This document shows, piece by piece, positions 1 through 7,063 of a stretch of 64,000 bases of DNA; positions within the stretch are counted from its first letter, which is position 1; the number at the start of each line of letters is the position of its first letter. The DNA is from Steroidobacteraceae bacterium (GTDB lineage Bacteria > Pseudomonadota > Gammaproteobacteria > Steroidobacterales > Steroidobacteraceae), in assembly GCA_035569755.1 (NCBI GenBank), contig DATMMK010000029.1:1816-65815 (forward strand), in the 5' to 3' direction. Under the pieces are notes generated by a model. It searched no databases. It was given only the letters and a program-made list of their open reading frames with translations, and was not told the origin of the DNA. The position numbers and the translations under genes were made by a program.

Positions 1-44
1 TCCATCAGGCGTCGGGCCAGGTCGTCGATCCGCAGTGAATCCAT
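1..44 (-). CDS. 5' end of a gene running off the left edge (MDSLRIDDLARRLM...). Possibly a UbiK/YqiC-like accessory factor.
   Basis: ATG at 44-42 on the minus strand, with AGGAG (rc of 51-55) 6 nt upstream. Only 14 codons are visible. The N-terminal IDDLARRL resembles UbiK-family N-termini from memory. Confidence 0.3.
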   Translation of the reverse strand, partial: MDSLRIDDLARRLM

Positions 45-169
45 CGCAAGCTCCTAGCTCAGCCCCGCTGCTCCGCTTTGGCGCAGCCGCAGGGCGCCAC
101 GCCCCAAAATAGTGCGGCGTCGCGCCATCTGCGCGTGCAAGTGCGCGGAAAGTGCGCCCCGCCGGTAAG

Positions 170-185
170 TGGCACGGAAGCTGCA
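170..185 (+). promoter_or_regulatory. sigma54 (-24/-12) promoter upstream of amtB
   Basis: TGGCACGGAAGCTGCA matches the consensus TGGCAC-N5-TTGCA, with GG and GC spaced exactly as in -24/-12 promoters. It lies about 115 nt upstream of the amtB ATG. A direct repeat AAGTGCGC sits just upstream at 139-146 and 150-157. Confidence 0.6.
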
Positions 186-298
186 CCTCGTGCGCAGGGC
201 CCGAGCTTACGCGCCCGCGTACGCCCGTGCAGAACGCATTTGCGGCGCGAGCGATACGAAATGCCCGCGACGCGCTTCGCACACACTCCGGAGAGACT

Positions 299-1729
299 AT
301 GCCGACCGCAGCCCATGCGACCCGAATCCCCGCACGCCGCAGTCCCGCCTGGCTCGGCCTGGCGCTGACCCTCGCGCCCGCGCTCGCCCTGGCCGATACG
401 CCCGTACCCAACAAGGGCGACACGGCGTGGATGCTCACCTCGACCGCGTTCGTGCTGCTGATGTCGGTGCCGGCGCTGGCGCTCTTCTACGGCGGGCTGG
501 TGCGCACCAAGAACATGCTGTCGGTGCTCATGCAGGTGTTCGTCGGCTTCTCCCTGATCACGGTGCTGTGGTGCGTGTACGGCTACTCGCTCGCCTTCAC
601 GCAGGGTAACGCGATCATCGGCGGCTTCAGCCGGCTGTTCCTGGCCGGCACCTTCAACTCCCGGACCGGAGTCTTCTCGACCGCGGCGACCTTCAGCCGC
701 AACACGCCGCTCTACGAGCTCGTCTATGTCGCTTTCCAGGCGACCTTTGCCGCCATCACCTGCTGCCTGATCCTCGGCTCCATCGTCGAGCGCATCAAGT
801 TCTCCGCCGTGCTGCTGTTTCTCGTGCTGTGGTTCACCTTCAGCTACCTGCCGGTGGCCCACATGGTGTGGTACTGGCCGGGACCGGACGCCTACACCTC
901 GAGCGACACGGCCGCCGCGGTCAGCGCCACCGGCGGCCTCATCTGGCAGTGGGGTGCGCTCGACTTCGCCGGCGGCACGGTCGTGCACATCAACGCCGGC
1001 GTGGCGGGCCTGGTCGGCGCCTTCGTGCTCGGCAGGCGCGTCGGCTTGGGCCGCGAGCCGATGGCCCCGCACAACCTGACGCTCACGATGGTCGGGGCAT
1101 CGCTCCTGTGGTTCGGCTGGTTCGGCTTCAACGCCGGCTCCGCCCTCGAGGCCAACGGCTCGGCTGCGCTCGCCTTCATGAACACCTACCTCGCAACGGC
1201 CTGCGCGGTGCTCTCGTGGATGACGGCCGAGTGGCTGCTGAAGGGCAAGCCCTCGATGCTGGGCGCAGCCTCCGGCGCGGTTGCCGGGCTCGTGGCCATC
1301 ACGCCGGCCGCCGGCAACGTCGGCATTCCCGGCGCCTTCGTCATCGGGCTCGGCGTCGGGGTCGCGTGTCTGTGGGGCGTCACGGGCCTTAAGCGTCTCA
1401 TCAGGGCCGACGACTCGCTCGACGTCTTCGGCGTGCACGCCGTGGGCGGGATCTTCGGCGCGCTCATGACCGGCATATTCAACGCACCCGCGCTCGGCGG
1501 GCCCGGCTCGACCGTCGACTGGGTCAAGGGCACGAGCGGATATCCAGGTGTCGCCACCCAGTTCTTCATCCAGCTGAAGGCGGTCTGCCTGGTCCTGGTG
1601 TGGACAGCGGTCGTGGCCTTCGCGGCCTTTTATGTCGTGAAGCTCGTGGTGGGACTGCGGGTGCCGGAAGAAGAGGAGCGTGAAGGGCTCGACATCACCT
1701 CCCACGGCGAGCGGGCCTACGACCTCTAG
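299..1729 (+). CDS. amtB: ammonium transporter (Amt family)
   Basis: ORF 152..1729. ATG 299 has GGAGAG 4 nt upstream. A signal-like N-terminus ends in ALALA. Amt motifs are present: AWMLTSTAFVLLMSVPALALFYGGLVR, FAGGTVVHINAGVAGLV, WFGWFGFNAGS, DVFGVHAVGGIFGAL. Confidence 0.93.
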   Translation: MPTAAHATRIPARRSPAWLGLALTLAPALALADTPVPNKGDTAWMLTSTAFVLLMSVPALALFYGGLVRTKNMLSVLMQVFVGFSLITVLWCVYGYSLAFTQGNAIIGGFSRLFLAGTFNSRTGVFSTAATFSRNTPLYELVYVAFQATFAAITCCLILGSIVERIKFSAVLLFLVLWFTFSYLPVAHMVWYWPGPDAYTSSDTAAAVSATGGLIWQWGALDFAGGTVVHINAGVAGLVGAFVLGRRVGLGREPMAPHNLTLTMVGASLLWFGWFGFNAGSALEANGSAALAFMNTYLATACAVLSWMTAEWLLKGKPSMLGAASGAVAGLVAITPAAGNVGIPGAFVIGLGVGVACLWGVTGLKRLIRADDSLDVFGVHAVGGIFGALMTGIFNAPALGGPGSTVDWVKGTSGYPGVATQFFIQLKAVCLVLVWTAVVAFAAFYVVKLVVGLRVPEEEEREGLDITSHGERAYDL

Positions 1730-1876
1730 ACCGACGGCCCGGAACGGTTGAGCTGGCGCCTGCGACGCCGCCTTTGTATGGTGTGAGCCTGAGCGGACCC
1801 TGCAGCGCGGCCGTGTGACGGACTTCAAGGGCCGGCGGGCAGGGGACCCCCCATACTGGCCTGCGGAGGCCCTTTT

Positions 1877-2413
1877 ATGCTGCGACTGGTATCGATCACC
1901 GCCCTCGTTCTTGCCGGAGTGTGCACCGTGGCCCGCGCGGATGTGTTCCGCTGGGTCGATACGGACGGGATCGTGCATTACAGCGACGTGTGGGTGCCGG
2001 GCTCGGTGGTCGTGAAGACCGCCCATCCCCATCCGGACGCTCCCGCGGCGAGTGCGCCGCGCACGGCGGGCAATCGCGCCAACGAGCAGCTCGGCGACCA
2101 GGCCAACCAGCGCGCCGTGCAGCAGGATGTCGCCAAGGCGCGCGATCAGCAGTGCCGCTGGGCCAAGGATCGCTACATGAAGGCGATCGCGTCGCGGCGT
2201 GTCTACAAGGAAGGCAAGGACGGCGAGCGCGAGTACATGTCGGATACCGATGCCGACGGCTATCGCGCGCAGGCGCGCAAGGACGTCGAGCAGGCCTGCG
2301 GCAACGTGCCGGAGTGGAAGCCCGACCAGCCGATCCCCGAGCCGCAACCGATCCCCGAGCCGCAGCCCGTCCCCGAGCCGAAGGTCAACCCGGCGCTCGC
2401 GACCTCGCACTAA
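1877..2413 (+). CDS. secreted DUF4124-like protein with a C-terminal (Q-P-I/V-P-E-P)x3 repeat
   Basis: Signal peptide MLRLVSITALVLAGVCTVARA, followed by the DVFRWVDTDGIVHYSD motif typical of DUF4124. Confidence 0.75.
   Translation: MLRLVSITALVLAGVCTVARADVFRWVDTDGIVHYSDVWVPGSVVVKTAHPHPDAPAASAPRTAGNRANEQLGDQANQRAVQQDVAKARDQQCRWAKDRYMKAIASRRVYKEGKDGEREYMSDTDADGYRAQARKDVEQACGNVPEWKPDQPIPEPQPIPEPQPVPEPKVNPALATSH
2327..2380 (+). repeat. 3 x 18-bp in-frame tandem repeat (cagccgatccccgagccg and variants)
   Basis: Read directly: units at 2327-2344, 2345-2362 and 2363-2380 encode QPIPEP QPIPEP QPVPEP. Confidence 0.85.
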
Positions 2414-2545
2414 GCGGCGCCCCGTCGGCCGCGGCGCTGCGCATCCAGGCTGCAGCGATTCCGTGCAGTCGCGCTTTCGCTCTATAGTGTCGTTCCGCGG
2501 CCGGGCCGGCCGCACGAGGTGCATTGCCGCACCGGGTGCTAACGA

Positions 2546-3463
2546 GTGATGCGCGCAGGCTTCGTCGGACTCGGCGCCATGGGCATGCACATGGCGCGCA
2601 ACCTCCACCGCAGGGGACTGCTCACTGCGGTCTGGAACCGCACCCCGGCCAAGGCCAGCGCGCTCGCTGCCGAGCTGCGCGTGGCCGCTCCCGCCACGCT
2701 CGCCGAGCTCGCCGGCCAGGTCGAGGTGGTCGTCTCCTGCGTGTCGGCCGATGCGGACGTCCTCGAGGTCGCGCAGGGCCTCGCGCCCGGATTCAAGGCG
2801 GGCAGTCTCATGCTCGACTGCTCCACCGTGAGCGCCGAGACCGCGCGCCAAGCCGACGAGCTCCTCGGGCGCAAGGGCGTCGAGTTCCTCGACTGCCCCG
2901 TGAGCGGGGGCATCGAGGGCGCGCGCGACGGCACGCTCGCCATCATGGCGGGTGGGACGCCGGCCGCCTTCGAGCGCGCCCGGCCGGTGCTCGAGGCGCT
3001 CGGCAAGACCATCAGCCTGTTCGGCCCGGTCGGCGCGGGCCAGGCCGCCAAGGCCACCAACCAGATCATGTGCGCCGGCATCATCGAGGCGGTCGCCGAG
3101 GCGATGGCGTTCGCGCGCGCGCAGGGGCTGCCGCTGCCGATCCTCATCGACACGCTCGGCAAGGGCGCCGGCTCCTCCTGGTACTTCGTGCATCGCGCGC
3201 CCAACATGGCGAAGGGCGCCTACCCGGCGGGCTTCCGCGTCCGGCTGCACCAGAAGGACCTGCGCATCTGCCACGAGATGGCGGCGCGCTTCGGCGTGGA
3301 GCTGCCGGTGGTGGAGCGCATGCTGGCCGAGTACGCCGAGCTGGTGGCGCGCGGCTATGGTGACGAGGACATCTCCGCCACATTCCGCCTCAAAGAGGAG
3401 CTGTTCGAGCGCACCAACATCATGGGCGTACCGCCGCTGCGTCCGCCGCCGCGCACTCCATGA
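2546..3463 (+). CDS. NAD(P)-dependent oxidoreductase, 3-hydroxyisobutyrate / 6-phosphogluconate dehydrogenase-like family
   Basis: N-terminal Rossmann motif GFVGLGAMGMHMARNL. The overall beta-hydroxyacid dehydrogenase pattern is present (MLDCSTV, DCPVSGG, GAGQAAKATNQ). The stop overlaps the next gene's ATG (ATGA at 3460-3463). Confidence 0.85.
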   Translation: MMRAGFVGLGAMGMHMARNLHRRGLLTAVWNRTPAKASALAAELRVAAPATLAELAGQVEVVVSCVSADADVLEVAQGLAPGFKAGSLMLDCSTVSAETARQADELLGRKGVEFLDCPVSGGIEGARDGTLAIMAGGTPAAFERARPVLEALGKTISLFGPVGAGQAAKATNQIMCAGIIEAVAEAMAFARAQGLPLPILIDTLGKGAGSSWYFVHRAPNMAKGAYPAGFRVRLHQKDLRICHEMAARFGVELPVVERMLAEYAELVARGYGDEDISATFRLKEELFERTNIMGVPPLRPPPRTP

Positions 3464-4551
3464 ACGCGACTGAAGACGAACGGCGCTCGCTCTATCTCCC
3501 CGACTTCTGCACCCAGCGCACGACGCTCGCCATCGTCCTGATCGTCGAGCTCACCGCCTTCGTGCTGACACTGGCACGGCAGAGCATCGTGGTCGATTTC
3601 TGGACTGACCTGGTGCGCACCTCGCTGTTCCTCCTGTGGATCGGGATCACCGGCGCGGGGCTGCTGTGCGTGCTGCGCCGTTACCTGATGCGCCTCAGCG
3701 CCGCGGCGGGCTCGGCCGCCGTGCTCGGCCTGATCGCGGCGCTGGTGGCGCTCATCTCCGCGTGCGCGTACCTGATCGGCCGCTCCCATCTGGTGACCGA
3801 TACCGGCGCCGCGGCGCTCTTTCCCAGGAACCCGGTGAGCTTCGCGCTGCGCAACGTCTGGATCGGGCTGGTGGTGACCGGGCTCGCGCTGCGCTACTTC
3901 TACGTGGCACACGAATGGCGCCGCAGCATCGAGCTGCGCGCCGCCGCCCGCGTGCACGCATTGCAGGCGCGCATCCGCCCGCACTTTCTCTTCAACAGCA
4001 TGAACACCATCGCCGCCCTCACGCGCAGCGACCCGCCGCGCGCCGAGAGCGCGGTGCAGGATCTGGCCGACCTGTTCCGCGCCACCCTGAGCGACAAGTA
4101 CAGCACCATCACGCTGGCGGAAGAGCTGGAGGTGGCGCGCACCTACCAGCGCATGGAGCAGCTGCGCCTCGGCGAGCGACTCGCGGTCGACTGGAAGACC
4201 GACTCGCTCCCGGGCAGCGCGCTGGTGCCCGGCCTCACGATCCAGCCGCTGCTCGAGAACGCCATCTATCACGGCATCGAGCCGCGCCCCGAAGGCGGCC
4301 GTGTGACCATCAGCGGCGAGATCAGCTCCGGGCTCATCACCATCGTGGTACGCAATCCGCTCGGCGCGGGTCCACAGCAGCGCGACGGCAACCGCCTGGC
4401 GCTCGCCAACATCCGCGAGCGCCTCACCCTTCTCTATGGCGAGCGGGCGCTGATGAAATCCGGGGCCTTCGACGGCGAATACATCGTCACGCTGCGCTTC
4501 CCGCTCCTTGAGCGACAGTCGGCGCCGCCGGCCGCCGCCTTCAGCCCGTGA
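3460..4551 (+). CDS. algZ: LytS/AlgZ(FimS)-type sensor histidine kinase
   Basis: LPDFC motif near the N-terminus, several TM helices, the His_kinase box RIRPHFLFNSMNTIAAL, and an HATPase region QPLLENAIYHGIE...GNRLALANIRERL. Confidence 0.82.
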   Translation: MNATEDERRSLYLPDFCTQRTTLAIVLIVELTAFVLTLARQSIVVDFWTDLVRTSLFLLWIGITGAGLLCVLRRYLMRLSAAAGSAAVLGLIAALVALISACAYLIGRSHLVTDTGAAALFPRNPVSFALRNVWIGLVVTGLALRYFYVAHEWRRSIELRAAARVHALQARIRPHFLFNSMNTIAALTRSDPPRAESAVQDLADLFRATLSDKYSTITLAEELEVARTYQRMEQLRLGERLAVDWKTDSLPGSALVPGLTIQPLLENAIYHGIEPRPEGGRVTISGEISSGLITIVVRNPLGAGPQQRDGNRLALANIRERLTLLYGERALMKSGAFDGEYIVTLRFPLLERQSAPPAAAFSP

Positions 4552-5291
4552 GCGCGCCGCTACTCAAGGTGCTGATCGTCGACGACGAGCCGCCGGCGCG
4601 CGTGCGGCTGCGCAGCCTCCTCGGCGAGATCCCGGAGGCGGCGGTGGTGGGTGAGGCGGTGAGCGGCGCGGAAGCGCTGGCGCTCACGCACGATCTCGCC
4701 CCGGACATCGTGCTGCTCGACGTGCGCATGCCGGGCATGGACGGGCTCGAGGCGGCGCGCCACCTGAACACGCTCGAGGAGCCGCCGGCCATCATCTTCA
4801 CGACCGCCTACGACCAGTACGCGGTCGAGGCCTTCGAGGCGCACGCGGTCGGCTACCTGCTGAAGCCGGTGCGCAAGGAGCAGCTCGCCGCGGCGCTGAC
4901 CCGCGCCGGACGGCTGACGCGCGCCCAGCTGCAGAAGCTCGCGGCCGCCGGCGGCGAGACGCGCCGCACGCACATCGCGGCGCGCACGCGGGCGGGACTG
5001 AAGCTCATCCCCATCGAGGAGGTGCACTACTTCCTCGCCGACCGCAAGTACACCACGGTCGCGCACGCGAACGGCGAGGACCTGATCGAGGACTCCCTGC
5101 GCCTCCTCGAGAGCGAGTTCGCCGCGGCCTTCGTCCGCATCCACCGCAACGCGCTGGTCGCGGTGAAGCAGCTCGAGCGCATCGAGCGCGACGCCGACGG
5201 CCAGTACTTCGTGCGGCTGCGTGGCTCGCCGGCGCCGTTGGCTGTCAGCCGGCGGATGGCCGGAGAGCTCAAGGACCGCTTCAGGATCTAG
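4548..5291 (+). CDS. algR: LytTR-family response regulator (AlgR-like)
   Basis: Receiver domain VLIVDDEPPAR...DIVLLDVRMPGMDGLE, and a C-terminal LytTR domain (IPIEEVHYFLADRKYTTV...FVRIHRNALV). The GTG start overlaps the algZ stop (GTGA). Confidence 0.88.
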   Translation: MSAPLLKVLIVDDEPPARVRLRSLLGEIPEAAVVGEAVSGAEALALTHDLAPDIVLLDVRMPGMDGLEAARHLNTLEEPPAIIFTTAYDQYAVEAFEAHAVGYLLKPVRKEQLAAALTRAGRLTRAQLQKLAAAGGETRRTHIAARTRAGLKLIPIEEVHYFLADRKYTTVAHANGEDLIEDSLRLLESEFAAAFVRIHRNALVAVKQLERIERDADGQYFVRLRGSPAPLAVSRRMAGELKDRFRI

Positions 5292-5330
5292 GGAGCACAC
5301 CCCCCCCGCGCCGCTGGCTCTAAGCAGTAA

Positions 5331-5369
5331 AGTATATTTGTATACTATAGGCTTTTTTGATATAGTATA
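5331..5369 (+). promoter_or_regulatory. hipBA promoter/operator: nested inverted repeats in an AT-rich island
   Basis: AGTATA(5331-36)-TTTG-TATACT(5341-46), and TATACTATA(5341-49)-N11-TATAGTATA(5361-69). A possible -35 TTGTAT (5338-43) and -10 TATAGT (5361-66) are separated by 17 nt. The hipB ATG lies 7 nt after the -10 with no SD. Confidence 0.5.
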
Positions 5370-5373
5370 TTTT

Positions 5374-5751
5374 ATGAAATCTGCTTCAACTGACCGATTA
5401 CCCCCGGCAAGCCTGGATGCCCTGGCGAAGCTCGGCGCCGACCTTGCCGTTGCCCGGCTGCGCCGGCGTGAGTCCCTCGCCTCCTGGGCCGCCCGCATGG
5501 GAGTGAGCGTGCCGACCCTCATGAACATGGAGGCGGGCGAGCCGTCGGTCAGCATCGGCATCTACCTGACGGCGCTATGGCTGATCGGCAAGGACTTGAG
5601 CGTCGGCGATCTCGCGGCGCCTGAACACGACAGCGGCGCGATCGAGCTCGAGGTGCGTGAAGCCGTAGAGCTCGGGAAGACTCGCGCGCGCGATGCGCGG
5701 GCCGCAGCGCAGACCCGCAAGCAACGTCGGCAAGTCACACATGAGAAGTAA
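5374..5751 (+). CDS. hipB: XRE-family HTH antitoxin (HipB-like)
   Basis: First ATG after the AT-rich island. HTH segment SLASWAARMGVSVPTLMNMEAGEPSVSIGIYL. Overlaps the HipA-like gene by 11 nt. Confidence 0.7.
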   Translation: MKSASTDRLPPASLDALAKLGADLAVARLRRRESLASWAARMGVSVPTLMNMEAGEPSVSIGIYLTALWLIGKDLSVGDLAAPEHDSGAIELEVREAVELGKTRARDARAAAQTRKQRRQVTHEK

Positions 5752-7036
5752 TCCGTCGCGCTTCGACAATCTGTGGCTCTTCTATCTGGGCGACCCGTCC
5801 GCCCCGCGTCTCATCGGCGAGCTGCGGTATCTGCAGCTCACTCGCGGTGTCTCGCTCACCTATGCGCAAAGCTGGATCGAGTCGGGCTTTCGGCTCAGCG
5901 AGGATCTGCCGCTCACCGCGAACGAAGCCGCGCCGCGCGAGCCGGGACGGGCCGCCGGCGCGGTGGATGATGCGCGCCCTGACCGCTGGGGCGAGCGCGT
6001 GATCCAGTTTGTCGATCGCCCCGCGAGACTCTCTCTCATGGAGTATCTGTATTTCGCAGGCGACGATCGCTTCGGAGCCCTGGGTGTCTCCACCTCGCCG
6101 GATCAATATCTGCCGCGCGAAGCCGCTCCGATCCCACGACTCGAGGCCGCACAGGCCTTAAGTGACGTGATGCGAAAGATCTCGGCGAAAGAGGCTCTCA
6201 CCACGCAGGAGCGGACGATCGCGCACGCGGGCGGAAGCCTGGGTGGCGCAAAGCCCAAGGCGCTCATCCGCATCGACGGGGAGGAATGGGTCATCAAATT
6301 TTTTGCCGGTGAGCCGACCGATGGGCCGCTCATCGAGCACGCCGCCATGACCCTCGCCCTGAAGGCCGGTATTCGTGCCGCTGAGACGCGTGTGGTGAAC
6401 CTCGCCGGTGAGCACGCAATCGTCGTGCGTCGCTTTGACCGCGCGGGCAAGACCCGCTTGCACTCGCTATCGGCCGGTACGGTGTTGCGTGCGCTCTTCC
6501 CGCACAACCCGGATCTGGGCTACCCGGCCCTTGCTCAGGCACTGCGACGCAGCGGCGAGACCGCCGAGAGCGCCAACGTTCAGCACATGCGCGAGCTCTT
6601 TCGGCGCATGGTGTTCAACATCCTGATCGACAATACGGATGATCACGAGAAAAACCACTCGCTCATCTACCTGCCCGCATCCCGGGCGGGGAGACTGCAT
6701 CTGGCCCCAGCCTATGACGTGCTGCCCACCAATTCAGGTCAGGGACACCAGGAGTTCACCGTAGGGACGCAGGGGCGCGAATCGACCCTGAAGAATGCCA
6801 TATCACAGTGCGCGCTCTTCGACTTATCCAACGAAGAGGCCGCTCAGGCAGTGCTCGAGATCATCGCGGTAGTGGATGGCTGGAAGGATCACTTCGAGTC
6901 GTGCGGGATCACGGGCTCGGATATCGACAATCTCGCCGATCGCCTCGATGGCGAGGAGCCTCTTGCTCAGCGTCGAGGCTTCGCGCCGCAGGATTACGCC
7001 GGACCCGCCCGGCGCCAGCGTCGAAAGCCGTTCTAG
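5741..7036 (+). CDS. hipA: HipA-family serine/threonine kinase toxin
   Basis: N-terminal HipA-coupling region (LWLFYLGDPSAPRLIGEL, RWGERVIQ), P-loop-like GGSLGGAKPKAL, catalytic loop IDNTDDHEKNHS, and APAYDVLPT. Confidence 0.88.
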   Translation: MRSNPSRFDNLWLFYLGDPSAPRLIGELRYLQLTRGVSLTYAQSWIESGFRLSEDLPLTANEAAPREPGRAAGAVDDARPDRWGERVIQFVDRPARLSLMEYLYFAGDDRFGALGVSTSPDQYLPREAAPIPRLEAAQALSDVMRKISAKEALTTQERTIAHAGGSLGGAKPKALIRIDGEEWVIKFFAGEPTDGPLIEHAAMTLALKAGIRAAETRVVNLAGEHAIVVRRFDRAGKTRLHSLSAGTVLRALFPHNPDLGYPALAQALRRSGETAESANVQHMRELFRRMVFNILIDNTDDHEKNHSLIYLPASRAGRLHLAPAYDVLPTNSGQGHQEFTVGTQGRESTLKNAISQCALFDLSNEEAAQAVLEIIAVVDGWKDHFESCGITGSDIDNLADRLDGEEPLAQRRGFAPQDYAGPARRQRRKPF

Positions 7037-7063
7037 CCTCCGGTAGCTCGACCGCGCCGCGGC

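Noticed and set aside
59-3274. 1071-aa minus-strand ORF spanning amtB, the DUF4124 gene and the dehydrogenase
   Set aside because: It is antisense to three genes with clear family motifs. Its translation is Arg/Ala/Gly/Pro-rich low complexity, typical of stop-codon-poor frames in GC-rich DNA. No recognisable domain.
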